Shown here piece by piece: positions 95,624 to 106,430 of a DNA stretch of 124,000 nucleotides. The translations under genes and the position numbers were made by a program. The stretch's first letter is position 1. Every line of letters begins with the position of its first letter. The DNA comes from Hyalangium minutum (lineage in GTDB: Bacteria > Myxococcota > Myxococcia > Myxococcales > Myxococcaceae), in assembly GCF_000737315.1 (NCBI RefSeq), contig NZ_JMCB01000001.1, positions 144,001-268,000 on the forward strand, read 5' to 3'. The notes beneath the pieces were generated by a model. It made no database searches, was not told where the DNA came from, and saw only the letters and a program-made list of their open reading frames with translations.

Positions 95624-97117
95624 GTGAACTGGAAGAAGGTGGTCCTCATCCTCGGAGTGCTGGCCCTCGTGGGAGCGGGCGTGTACTTCGTGCGCGGCCA
95701 GGCCGCGGCGAAGACGCCTCAGCGCGAGCTGCCCACCGCCGAGGCCAAGCGCATGGACATGGAGATCGTCGCCGAGGCCTCCGGCCTGCTGGAGCCCATC
95801 CGCGTCGTGGAGGTGAAGTCGAAGGCCTCCGGTGAGGTGCTCCGCGTGCTCGTCGAGACTGGCAACGCGGTGAAGCAGGGAGACCTGCTGACGGAGATCG
95901 ATCCCCGCGACGTGCAGAACGCGCTCATCCAGGCCGAGGCGGACCTCGAGTCCGCCCAGGTCCGCATGAAGACCGTCGAGGCCCAGCGCCAGCGCATGGA
96001 GGCCCTGCGGGCCACCGGCGTCGTCACGCAGCAGGAGCTGGAGACCGCCGTGGATGCCGCCGCCACGGCCCGCGCCGCCGTCGTCCGCGCCGATACGAAC
96101 CTGCAGCTGGCCCGAGAGCGGCGCAAGGACGTGACGATCCGTGCGCCGATCGACGGCACCATCCTGGAGCGCACCATCGAGCCTGGGCAGATCATCGCCT
96201 CGGCCACCACCAACGTGTCCGGCGGCACCACGCTGTTCAAGATGGCCGACATGTCCGAGATGCAGGTCCGCACGAAGGTGGACGAGACCGACATCGGGAA
96301 GATCCGCCCCGGCCTGGAGGCGCGCGTCTCGCTGGAGGCCTACCCCAGCCGCACCTTCACCGGCGAGGTCGTCAAGATCGAGCCTCAGGCCGTGGTCGAG
96401 CAGAACGTGACGCTCTTCCCCGTGCTCATCCGCCTGAAGAACCCGGAGGGGTTGCTCAAGCCCGGGATGAACGCGGAGGTGGGTGTCCAGATCGCCAGCC
96501 GCCAGGACGTCGTCACGGTCCCCAACACGGCGGTGGTGAGCCCTCGCGAGGCAGCCACCGCGGCGTCGGCGCTCGGCCTGGACGAGGCCACGGTGCGCGC
96601 GACGCTGCGCCCATCGGGAGCTGCTCCCTCGACGGGTCCAGCCCCTGAGACGCCCGCGGCCCCGTCTCCGGAGTGCGCGGAGCTGTTCGAGCGCCTCAAG
96701 ACGGATGCGGGCCCCCCCAGCCTGTCCGACGCGGATCGCGAGAAGCTCCAGGCGTGCAGGCCCGAGGGCATGGCCGAGGGCGGTGGCCGGGGCGGACGGT
96801 TCCGCGGCGGCCAGGGCCAGCAGCGCGGAAACAACGCGGACCGGCGTCCCGGGGTGGTCTTCGTTCAGCAGCAGGACGGCAGCCCCCAGCCCCGGCGCGT
96901 CATGCTGGGCCTGAGCGACTGGGAAAACACGGAGGTCCTCAACGGCCTGGAGGCGGGCGAGAAGGTGCTCCTGGTCGCCGTGGCCCAGCTCCAGCAACAG
97001 CAGCAGCAGAGCATGGATCGGATGCGGCAGCGGGCCGGCGGCGTCATCCCCGGCGCGGGCGGCGGAGCTCGTGGCGGTGGTGGCGGTGGTGGCGGCGGTG
97101 GCGGCACCCGGAGGTAA
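95624..97117 (+). CDS. Efflux periplasmic adaptor (MacA-like)
   Basis: VEVKSKASG, IRAPIDG, LKPGMNA. Confidence 0.9.
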   Translation: MNWKKVVLILGVLALVGAGVYFVRGQAAAKTPQRELPTAEAKRMDMEIVAEASGLLEPIRVVEVKSKASGEVLRVLVETGNAVKQGDLLTEIDPRDVQNALIQAEADLESAQVRMKTVEAQRQRMEALRATGVVTQQELETAVDAAATARAAVVRADTNLQLARERRKDVTIRAPIDGTILERTIEPGQIIASATTNVSGGTTLFKMADMSEMQVRTKVDETDIGKIRPGLEARVSLEAYPSRTFTGEVVKIEPQAVVEQNVTLFPVLIRLKNPEGLLKPGMNAEVGVQIASRQDVVTVPNTAVVSPREAATAASALGLDEATVRATLRPSGAAPSTGPAPETPAAPSPECAELFERLKTDAGPPSLSDADREKLQACRPEGMAEGGGRGGRFRGGQGQQRGNNADRRPGVVFVQQQDGSPQPRRVMLGLSDWENTEVLNGLEAGEKVLLVAVAQLQQQQQQSMDRMRQRAGGVIPGAGGGARGGGGGGGGGGGTRR

Positions 97118-97124
97118 CGCGGCC

Positions 97125-98336
97125 ATGATCATCTTCGAGATCCTCTGGGTGGCGCTGGACGCGATCGTCGCCAACAAGCTGCGCTCGCTGCTCACCATGC
97201 TGGGCGTCGTCATCGGCATCGCGGCGGTCATCACCATGGTGGCCCTGGGCGAGGGAGCCCAGCGCTCGGTGGAGGCCCGGCTGAAGACGCTGGGCGCCAA
97301 CGTGCTCACCGTCCGCCCCGGGCAAAGCTTCGCGGGTGGACTGGGCCGAGGCCAGGCCGCGCTCACCGCCGAGGATGCGGAGGCGCTCCGCGAGGCGCCT
97401 CAGTACATCCAGGCCGTCTCGCCCGAACTGGAGGGCCGGGTGCAGATCGAGAACGGCGCGAGCAACGCCAACATGTCCATCGTGGGCGTGTGGCCCACCT
97501 ACTTCAGCGTCAACAACTATCAGCTGTCAGACGGGCGCCTCTTCACCGAGGCGGAAGAGCGAGGCCGCCGCCGCATCGCCGTCCTGGGTGCCCTGGTGGG
97601 CTCGCAGCTCGGCGGCGTCTCGAGCGAGTCACTGGTGGGGAAGACGATCCGGATCGGCGGCGTGCCCTTCGAGGTCATCGGGGTGCTCACGGAGAAGGGC
97701 TCCCAGGGATTCTCCAATCCGGACGAGAGCCTCTACATCCCCCTGGCGACCGCGCAGTTCCGCGTCATGGGCAGTGACCGCGTGCGCTCCATCGCCGTGC
97801 AGGCCACGAGCGAGGACACCATGGATGACGCCATGGTGGAGATCGATCAGGTCCTCCGGCGCCAGCACCGGCTGCGGCCTGGGCAAGATGCGGACTTCAA
97901 CATCCGCGATCAGGCCTCGCTGCTCAGCACCGTGCAGGAGACCACGCAGACGTTCACCTTGCTGCTGGCGGGCATCGCGGCGATCTCCCTGCTGGTGGGA
98001 GGCATCGGCATCATGAACATCATGCTGGTGTCGGTGACGGAGCGCACCCGGGAGATCGGCCTGCGCAAGGCGCTGGGCGCGCGGCCCAACGACATCATGC
98101 TGCAGTTCCTCATCGAGTCGCTCGTGCTGTGCCTCGTCGGCGGCGGCCTGGGGCTGCTGCTGGGTCTGGGCGGCTCGTATGCGCTTCAGCAGCTCGCGGG
98201 GTGGCAGACGGCCGTGGCGCCCGAGTCGGTGGTGCTGGCCTTCGTGTTCTCGGGCGGCGTGGGCGTGTTCTTCGGCATCTGGCCTGCCCGGCGTGCGGCG
98301 AGCCTCACGCCGATCGAGTCTCTCCGGTACGAGTAG
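97125..98336 (+). CDS. ABC permease (MacB-like)
   Basis: NKLRSLLTMLGVVIG, GGIGIMNIMLVSVTERTREIG. Confidence 0.92.
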   Translation: MIIFEILWVALDAIVANKLRSLLTMLGVVIGIAAVITMVALGEGAQRSVEARLKTLGANVLTVRPGQSFAGGLGRGQAALTAEDAEALREAPQYIQAVSPELEGRVQIENGASNANMSIVGVWPTYFSVNNYQLSDGRLFTEAEERGRRRIAVLGALVGSQLGGVSSESLVGKTIRIGGVPFEVIGVLTEKGSQGFSNPDESLYIPLATAQFRVMGSDRVRSIAVQATSEDTMDDAMVEIDQVLRRQHRLRPGQDADFNIRDQASLLSTVQETTQTFTLLLAGIAAISLLVGGIGIMNIMLVSVTERTREIGLRKALGARPNDIMLQFLIESLVLCLVGGGLGLLLGLGGSYALQQLAGWQTAVAPESVVLAFVFSGGVGVFFGIWPARRAASLTPIESLRYE

Positions 98337-98351
98337 CCCGCGGCCCCGCGC

Positions 98352-98990
98352 CTACGCCTGCTTGCGCGTCTTCGAGCGGGCGCCGCCCCGCGCCGTCTGC
98401 TTGCGCTGGGAGCCCTTGGCGCGGGTCTTCTTCTGCGTGCTCGCGCCCTTCTTGGCGGCCTTCTTCGCTGCCTTCCGGGCCCGCTGGGGCGGCTTGGGGG
98501 GCGCCAGGATGGTGCCCCGGCAGTCCTTCGCGCCACAGCGGCACACGTAGAGCGCCTCGGATTCCTCGTCCATGCCCTCGGCCCGCTCGTAGGCGTAGTC
98601 GTAGACGAGCTCCGTACCGGGCGAGATGTCCTTCAGGGCGTAGATGAAGATCTTGTCGCCCTCGATGAGCGCCTGGCAGTTGGGATCGCAACTGTGGTTG
98701 ATGAAGCGCGCCTCGTTGCCGTCCACCGCGGCGTCGATCACCGTGTCGTCGTCCAGGGTGAACAGGAAGGTGTGGTGGCGGCCCATGGCCTCGTCGTCGT
98801 AGCGCTTGTCCGCCTCGTCCTGAGTGATGCGCTCACCGGTGTACTCGATGATGCGCGCGCCCTTGCGGATGCGGCGCGTGGCGAAGGCGCCCCGCCCTTG
98901 GATGGGGGACTCGCGCAGCTCGAACGACAGCGGGCGACCGGTACTGGAGGGCGGGGAGGCAGAGGACTTCTTCGAGGTGGAGTCTGTCAT
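98352..98990 (-). CDS. SET-domain lysine methyltransferase with post-SET and Lys-rich tail
   Basis: IQGRGAFA, RFINHSCDPN, ELVYDY, CRCGAKDC; KAAKKAAKK. Confidence 0.9.
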   Translation of the reverse strand: MTDSTSKKSSASPPSSTGRPLSFELRESPIQGRGAFATRRIRKGARIIEYTGERITQDEADKRYDDEAMGRHHTFLFTLDDDTVIDAAVDGNEARFINHSCDPNCQALIEGDKIFIYALKDISPGTELVYDYAYERAEGMDEESEALYVCRCGAKDCRGTILAPPKPPQRARKAAKKAAKKGASTQKKTRAKGSQRKQTARGGARSKTRKQA

Positions 98991-99040
98991 CGATTGGTAT
99001 ACCTTGCCGCACTCGGACCTTCGATGAAAGGCGCTCGACG

Positions 99041-99412
99041 ATGCGGCTGTGGATTGTCCTGGGCGCGGTGAACGCGTTCCTCTCGGTGGCGGCAGGGGCT
99101 TTCGGCGCGCACGGGCTGAAGGCACGGCTCTCCGCGGATCTCCTCGCCATCTTCGAGACCGGGGCCCGCTACCACATGTACCACGCGCTGGGGCTCATCG
99201 CGGTGGGGCTCGTGGCGCAGGCGCGGCCTGTAGGGCTGCTCACCGGTGCGGGTGTGGCCATGTTGGCGGGGATCGTCCTCTTCTCCGGCAGCCTGTACGC
99301 ACTGGCGCTCACGGGCGTTCGCGCCCTGGGAGCCATTACTCCCCTGGGAGGCCTGGGCTTCCTGGCCGGCTGGGCCCTGCTGGCGCTGGCTGTCTGGCGC
99401 GCCGGGCCCTGA
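99041..99412 (+). CDS. DUF423/YgdD family membrane protein
   Basis: GAFGAHGL, YHMYHAL, FSGSLY, ITPLGG. Confidence 0.92.
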   Translation: MRLWIVLGAVNAFLSVAAGAFGAHGLKARLSADLLAIFETGARYHMYHALGLIAVGLVAQARPVGLLTGAGVAMLAGIVLFSGSLYALALTGVRALGAITPLGGLGFLAGWALLALAVWRAGP

Positions 99413-99415
99413 GCC

Positions 99416-99724
99416 TCACTTCACCTTCGGAGGCATGGGGTACATCAGATCGACCTCGGCGTGGTCGAACAGGCCTATCGCCTCGCGCTGGATGATGAGG
99501 TACCAGCGCTGGTGGTCTGCCTCCGCCCAGAGCTTCTGGTACTCCTCGACCTTCTTGGCGCGCGGGGGCCCGGCGAGCGTTCGCAGCTCGGGTTCGAGCT
99601 TCACCATCTGGCCAATCAGGATCTCCAGCTTGTCCCCGACGCGCCGGAGCGCGGAAGCCTTCTCCTGGCGAATCTGGACTTCAATCGCGAGCGGTGTGCC
99701 GATCGATGAGGATGACGAGGGCAT
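99416..99724 (-). CDS. Small hypothetical protein
   Basis: WYLIIQREAIGL motif; helical. Confidence 0.6.
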   Translation of the reverse strand: MPSSSSSIGTPLAIEVQIRQEKASALRRVGDKLEILIGQMVKLEPELRTLAGPPRAKKVEEYQKLWAEADHQRWYLIIQREAIGLFDHAEVDLMYPMPPKVK

Positions 99725-99733
99725 GGCGGAAAG

Positions 99734-101092
99734 CTAACGGCCCCCCGTGGGGCTGTCACCAGAGGGGGCCTCCGGAGCGGGGGCTGCCTCCTGAATTCCA
99801 TCGGTTGCGCTTATTGGCTGGGCCAGCCGAGGGAGCGAGGGCGAGGCGGGCCCGCCCGGCAGGAACGAGGCCACGGTGACGTCCTTCTGCCGCTTGCGGA
99901 GCTCCTTGTAATCCTCGATGGCCCGCTCCAGGCCCACATCCTTCTTCTCCCGCTCGGAGAGGAACCACTTGTGCTCCAGCACCTGGCAGTAGAGCTCGGA
100001 CAGCTCGGTCGCTCCTCGGACAGGCATGAGCTTCTGAACGGTCGGGTTGAAGCGCTCCTCCAACCAACGGAAGGCTGCGGTGCTCAGCGGGGTGCTGCGG
100101 TTGAGCTCGCGCGCCAGCGTGGCCTTGAGCTCCTGGATCTCGTTGAGCAGCAGCGTGGCCTGCTTCTCCTCGGCGACGATGCCCAGCAGGTTGTGGAGCT
100201 GGTGCCGGTGGTAGCTGCGGTCCGTGACGATGGTCCGCATGCGCAGGTGATCGCTCTCGCCGCTGGCCACCAGATCCACCTCCCCCACCGAGAACCCCAG
100301 GTCGTTCAGCGCGCGGATCCGCTCGTGGATGCGGTAGCTCTCGTTCGGCGCAATGGGGATCTCCTTGTTGATCTCCTCCCAGAGCCGCTCGTAGCGCTTG
100401 CGGATGGTGGGGCCGGTCTCGAAAACCTCCAGCGACGGGGGCAGCTCCACCACCGCCGCCAGATCCGCCAAACCGCCGGCGACGTTCTCCTCCATGATGT
100501 CCAGGTCGTGCAGGCGCTTGCCGTCCGACAGGTGCTCGTGCAGCTCGGAGGTCTCCGCGTCCACCGCGTAGGCCTGCAGCTCGCCCGCGTCCCGGCGGAA
100601 CAGCGTGTTGGAGAGGGAGCAGTCGCCCCAGTAGAAGCCGCCCAGGTGCAGGCGCACGAGCAGGCTGGCCATGGCGTCCAGCAGCCGCTCCCGGTAACGC
100701 TCCAAGCCCTGGTTCATGAAGAGCGTGCGGTACGGGAGCGAGCCCTCCAGGAAGCGGGTGATGAGCACGCTGCTCTCCTCCCCCTCTGAGAGCGTGGCGC
100801 TCGTGCGCGCCTTCACCAGTCCGACGGCCTCCACCGCCGGCAGCTCCCGCTCCTCGAGGCCTCGCAGCACCTCGTACTCGCGCTGGCCCACGCGCGGCGG
100901 CAGCTCCTTGAGGGCGTAGATGACCTTGCCGTAGCTGACGAAGAGCACCTCGTGGCGGGACAGACCACGCGGCACCTGGACCAGCCGGTTGCACTTCCCC
101001 TCCCACTCCGCGAGCGACAGGCTCCAGGGCAGGTCGAGGAAGTCCGGGTGCCCCTGGCGAATCTGGATGGCGGTGAGGCCGATGGGTGGCAT
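99734..101092 (-). CDS. DUF4032 domain protein (LPS-kinase-like N-terminus)
   Basis: [37 protein letters not shown]. Confidence 0.85.
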   Translation of the reverse strand: MPPIGLTAIQIRQGHPDFLDLPWSLSLAEWEGKCNRLVQVPRGLSRHEVLFVSYGKVIYALKELPPRVGQREYEVLRGLEERELPAVEAVGLVKARTSATLSEGEESSVLITRFLEGSLPYRTLFMNQGLERYRERLLDAMASLLVRLHLGGFYWGDCSLSNTLFRRDAGELQAYAVDAETSELHEHLSDGKRLHDLDIMEENVAGGLADLAAVVELPPSLEVFETGPTIRKRYERLWEEINKEIPIAPNESYRIHERIRALNDLGFSVGEVDLVASGESDHLRMRTIVTDRSYHRHQLHNLLGIVAEEKQATLLLNEIQELKATLARELNRSTPLSTAAFRWLEERFNPTVQKLMPVRGATELSELYCQVLEHKWFLSEREKKDVGLERAIEDYKELRKRQKDVTVASFLPGGPASPSLPRLAQPISATDGIQEAAPAPEAPSGDSPTGGR

Positions 101093-101153
101093 GGCGTCGC
101101 TTCCCGAGAACAGTGCGTGGCGCTGCACCCCAAGCATATTCTGCCCCGCGACC

Positions 101154-102470
101154 ATGCACGCCCTCCTCCCGCTGCTTGCCCTGGCGCTCTGTCTCGCGCC
101201 CGTCACCACGCCCGCTCAGCCCTCCTCCCCTGCTGCTCCGGCTCCCGCGCCTGCCCAGCCCGCCACCCTGCTGCGCCCGGCCCGCGTCTTCGACGGGGTC
101301 TCGGCCCAGCCGCGTGAGGGTTGGGTGGTGCTCGTCAGGGGAGATCGGATCGCCGCGGTAGCGCCCGCTGCCCAGGTGAGGCCCCCCGAGGGCGCCGAGG
101401 TCATCGATCTGCCCGACACCACGCTCCTGCCCGGTCTCATCGAGGGCCACTCGCACCTGCTGCTCCACCCGTACAACGAAGCGCCCTGGAACGATCAGGT
101501 GCTCAAGGAGTCACTCGCGCTGCGCGTCGCGCGGGCCACCCAGCATGCCCGCGCTACCCTCATGGCGGGCTTCACCACGATTCGGGACCTGGGCACCGAG
101601 GGCGCTGGGGACGCGGACGTGGGACTCAAGCAGGCCATCCATCAGGGCATCATCCCCGGCCCCCGGATGAAGGTCACCACGCGGGCCCTCGTGGCCACCG
101701 GCAGCTATGGGCCCAAGGGACTCGCCGTGGAGTGGGAGGTGCCACAAGGCGCCGAGGAGGCGGATGGCGTGGACGCGCTCATCCGCGCTGTGCGGGGGCA
101801 GATCGGCCGCGGGGCGGACTGGATCAAGGTTTACGGGGACTACCGCTGGGGCCCCAAGGGTGAGGCGCGGCCCACGTACTCGGAGGCGGAGCTGCGGCTC
101901 ATCGTCGAGACGGCGCGCGACAGCGGCCGCCCGGTGGTGGTGCATGCATCCACGGCCGAGGGCATCCGCCGCGCGGTGATGGCGGGGGTGGAGACCATCG
102001 AGCACGGCGACGAGGCGACGCCCGAGGTGCTCAAGCTCATGGCCCAGCGAGGGGTAATGCTTTGCCCCACCCTCTCCGCCCAGGAGGCGAACCTGGGGTA
102101 CGGCGGGTGGAAGAAGGGCGTCAGCCCGGAGCCGGAGTCCGTGCGCAAGAAGCGCGAGGCCTTTCGCGCCGCGCTGGCCTCGGGCGTGACGATCTGCAAC
102201 GGCAGTGACTCGGGCGTCTTCGCGCACGGCGACAACGCGCGAGAGCTGGAGCTGATGGTGGAGTACGGCATGGCTCCCACGCAGGCGCTCCGGGCGGCCA
102301 CCTCCGTCAACGCGCGCATGTTGCACATGGAAGACCAGCTCGGGCAGGTAAAGGAGGGGCTGCTGGCGGACCTCGTCGCGGTGCGAGGCGATCCCACGCG
102401 CGACATTTCTACCCTGCGCCAGGTGCGGCTCGTGATGAAGGGCGGGAAGGTGTACCGCCGCGAGCCCTGA
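101154..102470 (+). CDS. Amidohydrolase family (Xaa-Pro dipeptidase-like), exported
   Basis: [28 protein letters not shown]. Confidence 0.9.
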   Translation: MHALLPLLALALCLAPVTTPAQPSSPAAPAPAPAQPATLLRPARVFDGVSAQPREGWVVLVRGDRIAAVAPAAQVRPPEGAEVIDLPDTTLLPGLIEGHSHLLLHPYNEAPWNDQVLKESLALRVARATQHARATLMAGFTTIRDLGTEGAGDADVGLKQAIHQGIIPGPRMKVTTRALVATGSYGPKGLAVEWEVPQGAEEADGVDALIRAVRGQIGRGADWIKVYGDYRWGPKGEARPTYSEAELRLIVETARDSGRPVVVHASTAEGIRRAVMAGVETIEHGDEATPEVLKLMAQRGVMLCPTLSAQEANLGYGGWKKGVSPEPESVRKKREAFRAALASGVTICNGSDSGVFAHGDNARELELMVEYGMAPTQALRAATSVNARMLHMEDQLGQVKEGLLADLVAVRGDPTRDISTLRQVRLVMKGGKVYRREP

Positions 102471-102498
102471 GCTTTAACATTGATGGGATTCTCGGGAG

Positions 102499-102548
102499 GG
102501 AGGCGGCGGGAATCGAACCCGCCGCTTGGAGCTTCTGGCGAGCGCGCC
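102499..102548 (-). repeat. tmRNA-3'-end-like repeat, copy 2
   Basis: Minus strand tccaagcggcgggttcgattcccgccgcctcc; 2 mismatches to copy 1 over 32 nt. Confidence 0.7.
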
Positions 102549-102743
102549 TCAACTCGGTCAAGCGCGGGCCCCTTACCTTAGAAGAGTGCGGAGTGCTGGC
102601 CCACGGCTTCGCGCGGGTGCGGTGTGGAAGTTGTAAGGACGAACTTCTGTCGCCTTCTCATGCAAGGGGCGAAGAGTGTGCCTTCCTTGAGGAAGCCCGC
102701 AAGGCCCACGCCCGCGACGAGCAGTCACAGGGTCACCAGCCCC

Positions 102744-105700
102744 TCACGGAGACCTGAGTCGGCGCCGGCGAAGCGCCAGGGCCAGTGTCAACAAAGCCCA
102801 GGTGACAGGGGACGCGGAGGCGCTGGAGCAACCCCAGCCGTAATGGCTCTGCTGGACCGCGAAGACATGATCGACGCGCTGGCTCTCATTGCCAGCCTTA
102901 TCTCTGGCGATGGTGGAGACGACATGTTTCCCGACTGCCAGATCACTCGATGGGGTGAACATCCAGACCTCCGACTCATCGACGTCAACCTCGTCCACCT
103001 TCGTCCCATTCAGCCACACCTCCACCGTGCTCTCTCGCTCGGCGGTTCCACGAATGGTAGGCCTTCTGCTGGTGGCGAATTCCCCAGGCGCAGTCACTTG
103101 GGGCTCCGCTGGCGCCAGAGAATCAATGGTGAAGTCGAACGGCTTCGAAAGAGAGCTGATATTCTTCGCCAGATCCGCAGCGGTGGCAGTGATCTGGTGG
103201 GAGCCCTCATTCAGGGCGGGGGACGGGAAGGACCAACCGCCCGACGCACTCGCAACGGCTATCCCAGCTACCTCCCCATCCACCAGCACTGTCACCGTGC
103301 TCTCGGCCTCCGCTCTCCCCGTAAAGTTTAGACTCAAGTCTTTGATGGAACCCGCGGTTGCAGTGATCTCTGGGGCTGCTGGCGCCAGCGTGTCGACCCC
103401 AAAGCTAATGGGAGCGGAGACAGGGCTGACGTTGCCCGCTGCATCCATGGAGGTGGCCGTGACCTGGTGGGGCCCGTCGAGCAGCGCCGTGGTCGGGAAG
103501 TCCCAGCCGCCTGACGCTCTCACGATGGCTGTCCCGACCACGACCCCATCTAGAGACACCGTCACCGTGCTTTCGGCCTCTGCCGTTCCGGAAATGATGG
103601 GTCCCTGAGTATTGATGAATTCCCCGAGCGTGCTCAACACAGGTGCCGCTGGCTTCGACACGTCCACCTTGAAGCTGCGGGTCGGGGAGGCAGAACCCAT
103701 ATTGCCCGCCTCATCTGCGGCGGTAGCTGTGACTTGATGGGAGCCCTCTACCAGTTCCGTGGTTGGTATGGCGGCCCAGTCTCCCGCACTGTTCGCCATA
103801 GTCTTTCCCACAATGATCCCATCCAGCGAAACCGTGACGATGCTACTTGGCTCAGCCGTCCCGACGATGATTGGCTTCCGGGCATTGACGAGGTCCCCAG
103901 GTACAGTCACCGCTGGCGCACCTGGCTCCACGGTGTCAACCACGAAGGTACGGGCTTCGGACACAGGGCTGACATTGCCTGCCGCATCCATGGCGGTGGC
104001 ATGGACCTGCTGGACGCCATCGGTCAGCCCTGTGGCAGGGGTGAAACTCCAAGCTCCTCTGACATTGGCTGTGGCTGTGCCTGCCTCCGTGCCATCCAGG
104101 AATACCGTCACCGTGCTGTCGGCCTCCGCCGTCCCTCCAAGAATGGGCGTCGGCGTGTTGACGAATGCCGGAGGCGCGCTCATCAAGGGAGCACCTGGCG
104201 GCCTGGTGTCCACCGTGAACCTGTTGGTGTTGGAGCCGAAGCTGGTGTTGCCCGCCGCATCCCGTGCCGTGGCGCTCACCGGGTGTGCGCCATCAGCCAA
104301 CGGCGTGGTCGGCGTGAAGTTCCAGTTGCCGCTGGCATTGGCCGTGGTGGTGCCCACCGGCGTGCCGTCCACGATGACCGTCACCGTGCTGCCTGGCTCG
104401 GCGGTGCCCGTGTAGTCCGGGGTGTTGTCGTTGGTGCGCGAGCCATTGGCCGGTGTCACCACCACCGGAGCCGCCGGAGGCGTGGCGTCCACGATGAACG
104501 TGTTGGTGTTGGAGCCGGGGCTGGTGTTGCCCGCCGCATCCCGTGCCGTGGCGCTCACCGGGTGTGCGCCATCGGCCAGCGATATGGTCGGCGTGAAGTT
104601 CCAGTTGCCGCTGGCATTGGCCGTGGTGGTGCCCACCAGCGTGCCGTCCACGATGACCGTCACCGTGCTGCCCGGCTCGGCAGCGGTGCCCGTGTAGTCC
104701 GGGGTGTTGTCGTTGGTGAGCGAGCCGTTGGCCGGCGTCACCACCACCGGAGCCGCCGGAGGCGTGGTGTCCACGATGAACATGTTGGTGTTGCTCGACA
104801 CGCTCTGCACACCCTCGGTCGTGTTGACAGCCACGGCGCTCACCGTGTGCGAGTCGGGCGCCAGGGGCGTCGTGGGGGTGAAGCTCCAGTTGCCAGCGGC
104901 ATCCGGCGTCGCCGAGCCCACTGTCACCCCGTCCACGATGACGGACACCGTGGTCCCCGTGGGGAACGGCTGGGCGAGCGTGCCCATGTAGGTGAGCGTC
105001 GTGTTGTTGGTCGAGGAGCCGTTGGCCGGCGTGACTACCACCGGCGCGGGCAGCACGGGGAAGCCACCGGTCAGCGTGGCCGTGGCGCCTGCGGTTCCGG
105101 GCTGCGCGCCGTAAAAGGCGCCCAGCGGAGACGAGGAGTTCGCCTGCACGCCGGCGTTCCCGGTGTTGACGGCAAAGGTCGGCAGGGCGCAGGTGCCACT
105201 CCCCTTCTGGAAGATGATACGGCCACCGCCGCCCGCGCCACCCGGACCGACGTCGAAGCCCGAGTTGGAGCTGCCGCCGTTGCCTCCAATGGCCGTGATG
105301 TTTCCGCATGTCGCAGCTGCGGCGACGCGCAGGTAGATGGTGCCGCCGCCGCCACCGCCGCTCGAACCATCCTGACCGCTGGCGTTGCCGCCCGGATCGC
105401 CGTTGGCCGACATCGACCCGGCACCCGAGATCGCTCCGACGCGGGCGAAGATGATGCCACCGCCCCGGCCACCGGCTGCGGTGCCACCCGAGGAGTGACC
105501 CGCACCGCCGCCCCCGCCCATGAGCAGGTGGTTGAACTTGCTGGAGGACGTATAGGTCAGCCCCAAGCCTCCAGTTCCTCCCACGGCCCGGCTGCCATCA
105601 TTGCTGTTACCGCCCAGGCCGCCGCCACCGACGTGAGCGCCACCACCGCCGCCCGAGCTGTCACACACGCCACCGCCACCACCGGTGGTCACATGCCCGC

Positions 105701-106430
105701 GCCCCGTAACCGAGGAGCCGTACCGGGTGAAGGCGATGCCCTCACCCTTCTGCGCTCCCTTCGGAGGAGCCTCATCCAGCCCCGTGCAGCCCACGTCGCC
105801 GCTGGCGTCCTCCACCGGCTGCCCACTGCGGAAGCCACGGCCCGCGGCGTTGAGAGCGGGAATGCCCCCGCTGGTCATCAAGGTCCCCGAGACCAGGAAG
105901 GCCAGCACGCCGCCGGTGCTACCATCCCACATAGAGGGGGCAAGGCTGCGGGCAGCCGGGATGGTGAGGTTGAGGTACTCGGGCACCCGGACGACCTGGG
106001 TGACGTTGGCCGCGTAGCTGTAGAGCAGCGGTGCCGTCAGGTTCACCGTGGAGCCCGCCACGGTGGTCACCCGCACGAACTCCCAGCGGCCCACAGGCTG
106101 GTTGGTGTCGATGGTGATGGCGGTCGTATCTCCTCTGGGAGGCTCCGGGACGATGCCCGTCATCTGGATCACCACCAGCAGATCGCCCGCCGCGATCGGA
106201 TCAGCAGCCCCAGTGGAGGCCCCGATCTGGATGGCGGTGTCGCCCGGCGCCAGAGGCGCCGTCACCCGGGCGTAGGTGTTGATGATCTGGTTGGCAGTGC
106301 TGATCGTGGGTGGGGTGTCATCGCCACGGCCCAGGCCCACGTTGTCCGGGCCGGCCAGCGCGGGCAGCGCGCACAGGGTGAGCGCCAGCAGCGCGGTGTG
106401 GAGGATGTATTTCCAAGACATGCCCTTCAT
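102744..106430 (-). CDS. AgmC-like surface protein with 8 bacterial Ig-like repeats and MYXO-CTERM-like tail
   Basis: Signal peptide; DTxPPAAP...ATARDAAGN repeats; YGWGC...LLTLALALRRRR. Confidence 0.85.
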   Translation of the reverse strand: MKGMSWKYILHTALLALTLCALPALAGPDNVGLGRGDDTPPTISTANQIINTYARVTAPLAPGDTAIQIGASTGAADPIAAGDLLVVIQMTGIVPEPPRGDTTAITIDTNQPVGRWEFVRVTTVAGSTVNLTAPLLYSYAANVTQVVRVPEYLNLTIPAARSLAPSMWDGSTGGVLAFLVSGTLMTSGGIPALNAAGRGFRSGQPVEDASGDVGCTGLDEAPPKGAQKGEGIAFTRYGSSVTGRGHVTTGGGGGVCDSSGGGGGAHVGGGGLGGNSNDGSRAVGGTGGLGLTYTSSSKFNHLLMGGGGGAGHSSGGTAAGGRGGGIIFARVGAISGAGSMSANGDPGGNASGQDGSSGGGGGGTIYLRVAAAATCGNITAIGGNGGSSNSGFDVGPGGAGGGGRIIFQKGSGTCALPTFAVNTGNAGVQANSSSPLGAFYGAQPGTAGATATLTGGFPVLPAPVVVTPANGSSTNNTTLTYMGTLAQPFPTGTTVSVIVDGVTVGSATPDAAGNWSFTPTTPLAPDSHTVSAVAVNTTEGVQSVSSNTNMFIVDTTPPAAPVVVTPANGSLTNDNTPDYTGTAAEPGSTVTVIVDGTLVGTTTANASGNWNFTPTISLADGAHPVSATARDAAGNTSPGSNTNTFIVDATPPAAPVVVTPANGSRTNDNTPDYTGTAEPGSTVTVIVDGTPVGTTTANASGNWNFTPTTPLADGAHPVSATARDAAGNTSFGSNTNRFTVDTRPPGAPLMSAPPAFVNTPTPILGGTAEADSTVTVFLDGTEAGTATANVRGAWSFTPATGLTDGVQQVHATAMDAAGNVSPVSEARTFVVDTVEPGAPAVTVPGDLVNARKPIIVGTAEPSSIVTVSLDGIIVGKTMANSAGDWAAIPTTELVEGSHQVTATAADEAGNMGSASPTRSFKVDVSKPAAPVLSTLGEFINTQGPIISGTAEAESTVTVSLDGVVVGTAIVRASGGWDFPTTALLDGPHQVTATSMDAAGNVSPVSAPISFGVDTLAPAAPEITATAGSIKDLSLNFTGRAEAESTVTVLVDGEVAGIAVASASGGWSFPSPALNEGSHQITATAADLAKNISSLSKPFDFTIDSLAPAEPQVTAPGEFATSRRPTIRGTAERESTVEVWLNGTKVDEVDVDESEVWMFTPSSDLAVGKHVVSTIARDKAGNESQRVDHVFAVQQSHYGWGCSSASASPVTWALLTLALALRRRRLRSP
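104211..104771 (-). repeat. Two near-identical tandem Ig-domain coding units (~280 nt each)
   Basis: Units 104490-104771 and 104211-104489 share long identical stretches. Confidence 0.85.
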
